Source: Takakia lepidozioides | Lineage: Eukaryota; Plantae; Bryophyta | DNA length: 64,000 bases | Assembly (NCBI GenBank): GCA_030704615.1 | Contig: JAKLZA010000356.1 | Location: 4,905-68,904 of the forward strand | Direction of reading: 5' to 3' | Shown here: positions 12,757 to 22,674 of the stretch, in pieces | Position numbering within the stretch: the stretch's first letter is position 1 | Layout: each line of letters begins with the position of its first letter | The notes under the pieces: generated by a model | Database searches by the model: none | The model's input: only the letters and a program-made list of their open reading frames with translations | What the model was told of the DNA's origin: nothing | Position numbers and translations under genes: made by a program

Positions 12757-13809
12757 ATGGCGGAACTAGCAGGTAACAAACGTCCATGTCCTAGCTTAGG
12801 CGTCGGCCCTTCTCATGCATCCGCGTCTTCTTCTTCTAGCATGGATATCTCCATTCCTCCCCCTTTGCTTGCATTTGTGCATACATCGGTCAAGGAATTC
12901 AAAAGTCTTAGGCATGAGCATGAAAAGACTTCCAAGTACCTTCAGAAATTGCAAGTGCAATTCGAAGAAGGCACCATACCCAACTCCCTTAGAATGAGTC
13001 CTCCTAAACTTCAAATAGGAGATCCCGAGGCCCAATCCGTCCTTGATGCGAGCCTGGCCGAATGCACAACCGCATATCGGATCAAGTGCTTTGAAGCACT
13101 CATCAAAGCCCAAGAATCTCGACTTGCTAGCTTGACCCACAAGCTCGAGCAATCGAAACCGGTCTTTGAGACTCGCCTCTCGGATTTGATTTCGCCTTTA
13201 CGATCCTTAAATTTGATAGGTGACAAGTCTAAGTCTTCCATCGAGTCGTGGCATCTTCATCTTAGCAATCTCTTTGTTACTCATGTAGATGCATTTCTCA
13301 TTCACAAACAACTTTCCGACGTCAGCAAGGCCGCGGCTATCGCCGCTCGCAACGTTGCTCGGGAAGGTGCTATGGAAGAAGCGGAGACCCTCCCTGTGGA
13401 ACCGTCCATTGCTACCCTCGTGAAACGCGAGGTGGTCAAGGAAGTACTCAAGGAGGTGAAGAAGGTGGTGAATTCCATCCAGGTGAAACCTAAGGCCCAG
13501 AAGCTTGGGACCAAACCGGCTAGTAAGCCTAAGGCGAATCCTGGCGGAAAGTCGGGAAACGGCAAGCAGCAGAAAGGTATCCGGGTCTCCACCCGTTCTG
13601 CTGCGTCACCTACCTCTTTCAACAAGAGGTCAGGCCCGAACCGCACAACCGGTTCTGGTACGGGAGGCCGAAAACCTTCAGCGAGGGTCAACGGAAAACC
13701 GGCCACGACGAAGGGTGTGACGACGACGACGACGAAGACGAAGCGGCCATACGTACCTCCTCACAGACGCGGGGGCGCACGAGGAGTCTCTTCTGGTACC
13801 CGCTCGTAG
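12757..13809 (+). CDS. PLE ORF1: coiled-coil protein with basic C-terminal tail
   Basis: 350-aa ATG ORF conserved in PLE1, PLE4 and PLE5; heptad-like helical segments and a K/R-rich tail. Confidence 0.8.
   Translation: MAELAGNKRPCPSLGVGPSHASASSSSSMDISIPPPLLAFVHTSVKEFKSLRHEHEKTSKYLQKLQVQFEEGTIPNSLRMSPPKLQIGDPEAQSVLDASLAECTTAYRIKCFEALIKAQESRLASLTHKLEQSKPVFETRLSDLISPLRSLNLIGDKSKSSIESWHLHLSNLFVTHVDAFLIHKQLSDVSKAAAIAARNVAREGAMEEAETLPVEPSIATLVKREVVKEVLKEVKKVVNSIQVKPKAQKLGTKPASKPKANPGGKSGNGKQQKGIRVSTRSAASPTSFNKRSGPNRTTGSGTGGRKPSARVNGKPATTKGVTTTTTKTKRPYVPPHRRGGARGVSSGTRS
13554..13615 (+). promoter_or_regulatory. -1 programmed ribosomal frameshift signal (G GGA AAC plus pseudoknot)
   Basis: Heptamer in ORF1 phase; stems 13566-74/13596-604, 13582-86/13591-95 and 13575-79/13611-15; -1 frame open from 13533 to 15665. 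Confidence 0.8.
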
Positions 13810-15665
13810 ACCCGAAGGCTTACGCTTTGTTGCTCTTTGCTAGGAAGACTCCCTCCCAAGTGGAATGCAGGGTCACCAACACTGCTATCCACAACTATAG
13901 CAAGAGGGTTCTCTCCTTTGCGGAGCGACAACTCCTGGGCCTTGGTCTCAATTACATTCCTCGTCCTCTTCCCCCTTCCCGATCTTCAATCATCACCGAA
14001 TTCAACAATTTTGCTCGAAGCTTGAGGTTGCGAACGTCCTTCTCCGGCAAAGACAACGACGAGGTTCCTCTTTGGCGCGTTCCGAATCCATCATTCAATC
14101 CGCCAGTGGAATCTCAACCGCTCGAGGCCATCATTCGAGAAGGTAATGATCTTTTGTCTAGCCGTTTGGATCGAATCGCCCGCAATGCACGACCTTGTCT
14201 GCCGAGACACTTGAGACTTGCTCTCAAAAGATTGAGGTCGGATCCGGACCTTGTCATCAAGCCGGCCGACAAAAATCTTGGTCTTGTGCTTATGGACAAG
14301 TCTTGGCACATGCAAGAGGCGATGCGGCAACTCTCAGACACCGAAGTTTATCGTCCCGTGGATTCCGTACCGTGGGAAGAACTTTGGTCGAGGTTGGAGG
14401 TGCTGGCTTGCCATCCAATCTACAGGTTTGCGATCTCCACCAAAGAATGGAATTACATCCGCCAACGCCCTCGGTCGTCCACGGACTTTCGAGCTTGTGC
14501 TTTGTACTTCATTCCGAAGGTGCACAAACCCGTGCTTGTTGGAAGACCCATTTGTTCCTACAACGACTACATCTTCGAGCATGCTTCAATTTGGCTCCAT
14601 CACCAACTCCTTCCGGTACTTCTCAAGGAACCCACTCATTTGGTTGATTCTCTCACGCTTCTTCGAGAGGTTTCCCAACTCGAGGTCCCCTCGCATGCTC
14701 TTCTTTTTACGTTTGACGTGGAATCTCTATATCCCAGCATCATCACCGAGCTCGGCTTGTATGAGCTCGAATGTGCTATTGGAGGTAATTTCACCAAACA
14801 CAAAAAAGACCTGATCATGACCCTCGCTGGATTAGTCTTGAAACACCATTACCTTGAGTTCAATGGTAGTTTTTGGCACCAAATTCGCGGGACGGCCATG
14901 GGGAGCAACTTTGCAGTTGTTTACGCTTGTTTGTTCCTCTGTCGGTTGGAGATGTACATGGAGTACGTGTGCCCATCGGAGCAAGAGCTGCTTTATCTTA
15001 AGCGCTATATCGACGACGGCTTTGGCATCTGGGTAGGCTCCGAAAAGAGCCTCCGGTCCTGGTTACGGAACTACGGTTCCATGTTCGATGGCATCAAAAT
15101 CACGACCGCCATAAGCGCGACGTCCGCCGACATCTTGGATATCACCTTCCTCAAAGGAGACGACTTCATCCAAACTCGACGGCTCTCTACGAGATGTCAT
15201 CAAAAGGCCCAGAACAAGTATCAATACTTGCCTTGGTCCTCGTGGCATCCACATCACCAAAAGAAAGCTTTCGTCATCGGCGAGCTCCAACGGTACGTAA
15301 TACGAGAAAGCACCATCCAAGGGTTCAACCATTTGCGACTTTTGTTTTACAAACGTCTTCGAGCCCGAGGTTATCCGGCGGCGTTCATCCGGAGTTGCTT
15401 CACCAAGATCTCCTACGACCTCAGATCCGCTCTACTCGACCAACAGACGCAACGCGCAGTTGAGGGTAAACGGGCCCCCCTTGTTCTTAAGCTCGACTAC
15501 TCTTCGTACACTCGAGCCTTGAACTTGGGGGCCACCCTAAACCCTAGACTCCACGAGTTGCTTCAGCAAGTCCCGGAGCTTCGGTTTCTTCCTCGAGCGA
15601 TGATTTGTTGGAGGAATCCGCGAAAGCTGAGTTCATTCCTAGTTAAATCTAGAATGATAGGATGA
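13560..15665 (+). CDS. PLE ORF2 reverse transcriptase (no endonuclease), probably fused to ORF1 by frameshift
   Basis: IKPADKNLG, YFIPKVHK..GRPI, TFDVESLYPSI, GTAMGSNFA, RYIDDG, SSWHP..RGYP; no ATG near the start of the frame. Confidence 0.93.
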   Translation, partial: RQAAERYPGLHPFCCVTYLFQQEVRPEPHNRFWYGRPKTFSEGQRKTGHDEGCDDDDDEDEAAIRTSSQTRGRTRSLFWYPLVDPKAYALLLFARKTPSQVECRVTNTAIHNYSKRVLSFAERQLLGLGLNYIPRPLPPSRSSIITEFNNFARSLRLRTSFSGKDNDEVPLWRVPNPSFNPPVESQPLEAIIREGNDLLSSRLDRIARNARPCLPRHLRLALKRLRSDPDLVIKPADKNLGLVLMDKSWHMQEAMRQLSDTEVYRPVDSVPWEELWSRLEVLACHPIYRFAISTKEWNYIRQRPRSSTDFRACALYFIPKVHKPVLVGRPICSYNDYIFEHASIWLHHQLLPVLLKEPTHLVDSLTLLREVSQLEVPSHALLFTFDVESLYPSIITELGLYELECAIGGNFTKHKKDLIMTLAGLVLKHHYLEFNGSFWHQIRGTAMGSNFAVVYACLFLCRLEMYMEYVCPSEQELLYLKRYIDDGFGIWVGSEKSLRSWLRNYGSMFDGIKITTAISATSADILDITFLKGDDFIQTRRLSTRCHQKAQNKYQYLPWSSWHPHHQKKAFVIGELQRYVIRESTIQGFNHLRLLFYKRLRARGYPAAFIRSCFTKISYDLRSALLDQQTQRAVEGKRAPLVLKLDYSSYTRALNLGATLNPRLHELLQQVPELRFLPRAMICWRNPRKLSSFLVKSRMIG

Positions 15666-15837
15666 TTTTGTAGTGCAAATGTCCCTAGCATTATTAATTT
15701 TGCCTCTTTGATAGCCCTAGTGTTGATGTTAAAGTCAAAGGGTTCCAACAATTAATTTGGACCATTGACTAATTAATGCAGTCTTGACTTGGAGGCTAAA
15801 TTAGTGCTTTAGTGGCATTATTATTGCCTTGGGAATT

Positions 15838-15883
15838 ATCCCATATCGTTTGCACATAGTGAGGGTGCTTTTCTAGTATATAA
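15838..15883 (+). promoter_or_regulatory. Candidate plant snRNA-type promoter (USE + TATA) in the PLE 3' UTR
   Basis: ATCCCATATCG (10/11 match to RTCCCACATCG) at 15838-48; TATATAA at 15877-83. Same motif at 19379, 36145 and 53977. Confidence 0.55.
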
Positions 15884-15915
15884 GGATAGGCTTGGCTCTT
15901 AGGACTTCATCTCTT

Positions 15916-15971
15916 GGTGTTCCACTGATGAGCTTGAGCAATCAAGCGAAACTTGTTTGGAATAAAACACC
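15916..15971 (+). ncRNA. Type I hammerhead ribozyme (PLE1)
   Basis: TTCCA-CTGATGA-GCTTGA(GCAA)TCAAGC-GAAA-C-TT-GT-T-TGGAA; predicted cleavage after 15957. Confidence 0.9.
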
Positions 15972-16787
15972 TTAACTCTTTTTGTGTCTCCACATTTAGA
16001 GAAGTCGAGAGTCTAGTCCTTGCCCGCCCGGGCAACTTGGATCGAAGGGGTGCTCGGCTCCGAGGGGAATCCCAACCCTTGGATACTTCCGAGGCCTTTT
16101 TTCTTTCCAAAGCACGGGCGTATAGAGCCTTCCGTTTGACGCCATCTTAGCCACCGCTTACAATGGGGAAGGCGGCTGGGGGTATATGGTAATCGTGTCG
16201 GGCAAGCTAATTTAGCCCCGACTACACGGTTCCCCCTGTCGTACGCCCGATGGTCGGAGAGAAGGGATTTGGTTGATCCTCCCTCGAGTTCATCTCGAGC
16301 GATCAGAGGACTATGGGCATGCGCAAGCCTCTGCCGACCTAACCTTCTCGTCGATGACCTTATGCGGTAATCCCTCCCATTCTTCCTTAGAGGTACGAAC
16401 CTCTTTTTGAAGGTGGGGCATATAAGTTTTCCAACTAGGGGTTGAGACTTGACCCTATGTTTGTGAGTGCCTTGAGCGCATGCTTGCCCATAGTGAGCAA
16501 GATTTTTGTCGCTAAACAAGGAGAAGCAAACATAAAAAAGCTTACGGTTGGAACGAAAGTGCCTCATTCTTCAATTAGAGAACCTTATCTCGTGAGGGCG
16601 GGAGTCCTTGCATAAGACATAATAGTCTTATTGCATCCCTTTAGGCACGATAGGCGCACTTTGTATGCATTTGTCTTGGTTTCCATTGCATTTGTATTTG
16701 GGTCCGAACCGGCCCCCCTTAATTTTTACTGTGTCTTTTTCCAGTATTTTTCTATTTTTTGTTACATTTGCAAGCCTTTGCTAACAA

Positions 16788-16932
16788 CCCTAAACCCTAA
16801 ACCCTAAACTTGTTTGCCCGGATCGTGTTTATCTTGCACCCGGTGCATCCGCGTTGTACTACTACACTTGTTTTGACGCTTTATGTAAACCCTAAACCCT
16901 AAACCCTAAACCTTAAACCCCTAAACCCTAAA
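16788..16932 (+). repeat. Two CCCTAAA telomeric arrays separated by a ~77-bp spacer (end of PLE1)
   Basis: Visible repeats, including CCTTAAA/CCCCTAAA variants; same structure at ~20328-20466. Confidence 0.92.
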
Positions 16933-16934
16933 CT

Positions 16935-19900
16935 TGTGGAACCGTCCATTGCTACCCTCGTGAAACGCGAGGTGGTCAAGGAAGTACTCAAGGAGGTGAA
17001 GAAGGTGGTGAATTCCATCCAGGTGAAACCTAAGGCCCAGAAGCTTGGGACCAAACCGGCTAGTAAGCCTAAGGCGAATCCTGGCGGAAAGTCGGGAAAC
17101 GGCAAGCAGCAGAAAGGTATCCGGGTCTCCACCCGTTCTGCTGCGTCACCTACCTCTTTCAACAAGAGGTCAGGCCCGAACCGCACAACCGGTTCTGGTA
17201 CGGGAGGCCGAAAACCTTCAGCGAGGGTCAACGGAAAACCGGCCACGACGAAGGGTGTGACGACGACGACGACGAAGACGAAGCGGCCATACGTACCTCC
17301 TCACAGACGCGGGGCGCACGAGGAGTCTCTTCTGGTACCCGCTCGTAGACCCGAAGGCTTACGCTTTGTTGCTCTTTGCTAGGAAGACTCCCTCCCAAGT
17401 GGAATGCAGGGTCACCAACACTGCTATCCACAACTATAGCAAGAGGGTTCTCTCCTTTGCGGAGCGACAACTCCTGGGCCTTGGTCTCAATTACATTCCT
17501 CGTCCTCTTCCCCCTTCCCGATCTTCAATCATCACCGAATTCAACAATTTTTGCTCGAAGCTTGAGGTTGCGAACGTCCTTCTCCGGCAAAGACAACGAC
17601 GAGGTTCCTCTTTGGCGCGTTCCGAATCCATCATTCAATCCGCCAGTGGAATCTCAACCGCTCGAGGCCATCATTCGAGAAGGTAATGATCTTTTGTCTA
17701 GCCGTTTGGATCGAATCGCCCGCAATGCACGACCTTGTCTGCCGAGACACTTGAGACTTGCTCTCAAAAGATTGAGGTCGGATCCGGACCTTGTCATCAA
17801 GCCGGCCGACAAAAATCTTGGTCTTGTGCTTATGGACAAGTCTTGGTACATGCAAGAGGCGATGCGGCAACTCTCAGACACCGAAGTTTATCGTCCCGTG
17901 GATTCCGTACCGTGGGAAGAACTTTGGTCGAGGTTGGAGGTGCTGGCTTGCCATCCAATCTACAGGTTTGCGATCTCCACCAAAGAATGGAATTACATCC
18001 GCCAACGCCCTCGGTCGTCCACGGACTTTCGAGCTTGTGCTTTGTACTTCATTCCGAAGGTGCACAAACCCGTGCTTGTTGGAAGACCCATTTGTTCCTA
18101 CAAGAACTACATCTTCGAGCATGCTTCAATTTGGCTCCATCACCAACTCCTTCCGGTACTTCTCAAGGAACCCACTCATTTGGTTGATTCTCTCACGCTT
18201 CTTCGAGAGGTTTCCCAACTCGAGGTCCCCTCGCATGCTCTTCTTTTTACGTTTGACGTGGAATCTCTATATCCCAGCATCATCACCGAGCTCGGCTTGT
18301 ATGAGCTCGAATGTGCTATTGGAGGTAATTTCACCAAACACAAAAAAGACCTGATCATGACCCTCGCTGGATTAGTCTTGAAACACCATTACCTTGAGTT
18401 CAATGGTAGTTTTTGGCACCAAATTCGCGGGACGGCCATGGGGAGCAACTTTGCAGTTGTTTACGCTTGTTTGTTCCTCTGTCGGTTGGAGATGTACATG
18501 GAGTACGTGTGCCCATCGGAGCAAGAGCTGCTTTATCTTAAGCGCTATATCGACGACGGCTTTGGCATCTGGGTAGGCTCCGAAAAGAGCCTCCGGTCGT
18601 GGTTACGGAACTACGGTTCCATGTTCGATGGCATCAAAATCACGACCGCCATAAGCGCGACGTCCGCCGACATCTTGGATATCACCTTCCTCAAAGGAGA
18701 CGACTTCATCCAAACTCGACGGCTCTCTACGAGATGTCATCAAAAGGCCCAGAACAAGTATCAATACTTGCCTTGGTCCTCGTGGCATCCACATCACCAA
18801 AAGAAAGCTTTCGTCATCGGCGAGCTCCAACGGTACGTAATACGAGAAAGCACCATCCAAGGGTTCAACCATTTGCGACTTTTGTTTTACAAACGTCTTC
18901 GAGCCCGAGGTTATCCGGCGGCGTTCATCCGGAGTTGCTTCACCAAGATCTCCTACGACCTCAGATCCGCTCTACTCGACCAACAGACGCAACGCGCAGT
19001 TGAGGGTAAACGGGCCCCCCTTGTTCTTAAGCTCGACTACTCTTCGTACACTCGAGCCTTGAACTTGGGGGCCACCCTAAACCCTAGACTCCACGAGTTG
19101 CTTCAGCAAGTCCCGGAGCTTCGGTTTCTTCCTCGAGCGATGATTTGTTGGAGGAATCCGCGAAAGCTGAGTTCATTCCTAGTTAAATCTAGAATGATAG
19201 GATGATTTTGTAGTGCAAATGTCCCTAGCATTATTAATTTTGCCTCTTTGATAGCCCTAGTGTTGATGTTAAAGTCAAAGGGTTCCAACAATTTAATTTG
19301 GACCATTGACTAATTAATGCAGTCTTGACTTGGAGGCTAAATTAGTGCTTTAGTGGCATTATTATTGCCTTGGGAATTATCCCATATCGTTTGCACATAG
19401 TGAGGGTGCTTTTCTAGTATATAAGGATAGGCTTGGCTCTTAGGACTTCATCTCTTGGTGTTCCACTGATGAGCTTGAGCAATCAAGCGAAACTTGTTTG
19501 GAATAAAACACCTTAACTCTTTTTGTGTCTCCACATTTAGAGAAGTCGAGAGTCTAGTCCTTGCCCGCCCGGGCAACTTGGATCGAAGGGGTGCTCGGCT
19601 CCGAGGGGAATCCCAACCCTTGGATACTTCCGAGGCCTTTTTTCTTTCCAAAGCACGGGCGTATAGAGCCTTCCGTTTGACGCCATCTTAGCCATCGCTT
19701 ACAATGGGGAAGGCGGCTGGGGGTATATGGTAATCGTGTCGGGCAAGCTAATTTAGCCCCGACTACACGGTTCCCCCTGTCGTACGCCCGATGGTCGGAG
19801 AGAAGGGATTTGGTTGATCCTCCCTCGAGTTCATCTCGAGCGATCAGAGGACTATGGGCATGCGCAAGCCTCTGCCGACCTAACCTTCTCGTCGATGACC

Positions 19901-20468
19901 TTATGCGGTAATCCCTCCCATTCTTCCTTAGAGGTACGAACCTCTTTTTGAAGGTGGGGCATATAAGTTTTCCAACTAGGGGTTGAGACTTGACCCTATG
20001 TTTGTGAGTGCCTTGAGCGCATGCTTGCCCATAGTGAGCAAGATTTTTGTCGCTAAACAAGGAGAAGCAAACATAAAAAAGCTTACGGTTGGAACGAAAG
20101 TGCCTCATTCTTCAATTAGAGAACCTTATCTCGTGAGGGCGGGAGTCCTTGCATAAGACATAATAGTCTTATTGCATCCCTTTAGGCACGATAGGCGCAC
20201 TTTGTATGCATTTGTCTTGGTTTCCATTGCATTTGTATTTGGGTCCGAACCGGCCCCCCTTAATTTTTACTGTGTCTTTTTCCAGTATTTTTTTACTTTT
20301 TGTTACCTTTGCAAGCCTTTGCTAACAACCCTAAACCCTAAACCCTAAACTTGTTTGCCCGGATCGTGTTTATCTTGCACCCGGTGCATCCGCGTTGTAC
20401 TGCTACACTTGTTTTGACGCTTTATGTAAACCCTAAACCCTAAACCTTAAACCCCTAAACCCTAAACT
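16935..20468 (+). mobile_element. PLE2: 5'-truncated within ORF1, head-to-tail after PLE1
   Basis: Starts at TGTGGAACCG inside ORF1; RT to 19205 with 1-bp indels; full 3' UTR and telomeric arrays. Confidence 0.92.
19457..19512 (+). ncRNA. Type I hammerhead ribozyme (PLE2)
   Basis: Identical to 15916-15971. Confidence 0.9.
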
Positions 20469-22674
20469 TGTGGAACCGTCCATTGCTACCCTCGTGAAAC
20501 GCGAGGTGGTCAAGGAAGTACTCAAGGAGGTGAAGAAGGTGGTGAATTCCATCCAGGTGAAACCTAAGGCCCAGAAGCTTGGGACCAAACCGGCTAGTAA
20601 GCCTAAGGCGAATCCTGGCGGAAAGTCGGGAAACGGCAAGCAGCAGAAAGGTATCCGGGTCTCCACCCGTTCTGCTGCGTCACCTACCTCTTTCAACAAG
20701 AGGTCAGGCCCGAACCGCACAACCGGTTCTGGTACGGGAGGCCGAAAACCTTCAGCGAGGGTCAACGGAAAACCGGCCACGACGAAGGGTGTGACGACGA
20801 CGACGACGAAGACGAAGCGGCCATACGTACCTCCTCACAGACGCGGGGGCGCACGAGGAGTCTCTTCTGGTACCCGCTCGTAGACCCGAAGGCTTACGCT
20901 TTGTTGCTCTTTGCTAGGAAGACTCCCTCCCAAGTGGAATGCAGGGTCACCAACACTGCTATCCACAACTATAGCAAGAGGGTTCTCTCCTTTGCGGAGC
21001 GACAACTCCTGGGCCTTGGTCTCAATTACATTCCTCGTCCTCTTCCCCCTTCCCGATCTTCAATCATCACCGAATTCAACAATTTTGCTCGAAGCTTGAG
21101 GTTGCGAACGTCCTTCTCCGGCAAAGACAACGACGAGGTTCCTCTTTGGCGCGTTCCGAATCCATCATTCAATCCGCCAGTGGAATCTCAACCGCTCGAG
21201 GCCATCATTCGAGAAGGTAATGATCTTTTGTCTAGCCGTTTGGATCGAATCGCCCGCAATGCACGACCTTGTCTGCCGAGACACTTGAGACTTGCTCTCA
21301 AAAGATTGAGGTCGGATCCGGACCTTGTCATCAAGCCGGCCGACAAAAATCTTGGTCTTGTGCTTATGGACAAGTCTTGGTACATGCAAGAGGCGATGCG
21401 GCAACTCTCAGACACCGAAGTTTATCGTCCCGTGGATTCCGTACCGTGGGAAGAACTTTGGTCGAGGTTGGAGGTGCTGGCTTGCCATCCAATCTACAGG
21501 TTTGCGATCTCCACCAAAGAATGGAATTACATCCGCCAACGCCCTCGGTCGTCCACGGACTTTCGAGCTTGTGCTTTGTACTTCATTCCGAAGGTGCACA
21601 AACCCGTGCTTGTTGGAAGACCCATTTGTTCCTACAAGAACTACATCTTCGAGCATGCTTCAATTTGGCTCCATCACCAACTCCTTCCGGTACTTCTCAA
21701 GGAACCCACTCATTTGGTTGATTCTCTCACGCTTCTTCGAGAGGTTTCCCAACTCGAGGTCCCCTCGCATGCTCTTCTTTTACGTTTGACGTGGAATCTC
21801 TATATCCCAGCATCATCACCGAGCTCGGCTTGTATGAGCTCGAATGTGCTATTGGAGGTAATTTCACCAAACACAAAAAAGACCTGATCATGACCCTCGC
21901 TGGATTAGTCTTGAAACACCATTACCTTGAGTTCAATGGTAGTTTTTGGCACCAAATTCGCGGGACGGCCATGGGGAGCAACTTTGCAGTTGTTTACGCT
22001 TGTTTGTTCCTCTGTCGGTTGGAGATGTACATGGAGTACGTGTGCCCATCGGAGCAAGAGCTGCTTTATCTTAAGCGCTATATCGACGACGGCTTTGGCA
22101 TCTGGGTAGGCTCCGAAAAGAGCCTCCGGTCGTGGTTACGGAACTACGGTTCCATGTTCGATGGCATCAAAATCACGACCGCCATAAGCGCGACGTCCGC
22201 CGACATCTTGGATATCACCTTCCTCAAAGGAGACGACTTCATCCAAACTCGACGGCTCTCTACGAGATGTCATCAAAAGGCCCAGAACAAGTATCAATAC
22301 TTGCCTTGGTCCTCGTGGCATCCACATCACCAAAAGAAAGCTTTCGTCATCGGCGAGCTCCAACGGTACGTAATACGAGAAAGCACCATCCAAGGGTTCA
22401 ACCATTTGCGACTTTTGTTTTACAAACGTCTTCGAGCCCGAGGTTATCCGGCGGCGTTCATCCGGAGTTGCTTCACCAAGATCTCCTACGACCTCAGATC
22501 CGCTCTACTCGACCAACAGACGCAACGCGCAGTTGAGGGTAAACGGGCCCCCCTTGTTCTTAAGCTCGACTACTCTTCGTACACTCGAGCCTTGAACTTG
22601 GGGGCCACCCTAAACCCTAGACTCCACGAGTTGCTTCAGCAAGTCCCGGAGCTTCGGTTTCTTCCTCGAGCGAT
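20469..22674 (+). mobile_element. PLE3: same 5' truncation as PLE2, 3'-truncated near the end of RT
   Basis: RT stops at ...CGAGCGAT and joins directly to Gypsy gag sequence. Confidence 0.92.

Larger units (their letters stand above)
12378..16934 (+). mobile_element. Endonuclease-deficient Penelope-like element PLE1 (partial pLTR, ORF1, RT, 3' UTR, telomeric repeats)
   Basis: PLE-type RT with no GIY-YIG domain; 12378-12748 duplicates the element's own 3' end; CCCTAAA arrays at the terminus. Confidence 0.92.

Noticed and set aside
13796-13870. Intron fusing PLE ORF1 and RT
   Set aside because: In-frame 65-nt candidates exist but have weak splice sites; the slippery site plus pseudoknot is better supported. 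Not fully excluded.
16013-16567. 184-aa antisense ORF in the PLE 3' UTR as a GIY-YIG or accessory gene
   Set aside because: No recognisable motifs; its recurrence only reflects copy identity.
15884-16810. Telomerase RNA gene (USE-TATA plus CCCTAAA template)
   Set aside because: The telomeric repeats are ~900 nt downstream beyond several T-runs, and the proximal sequence is a hammerhead.
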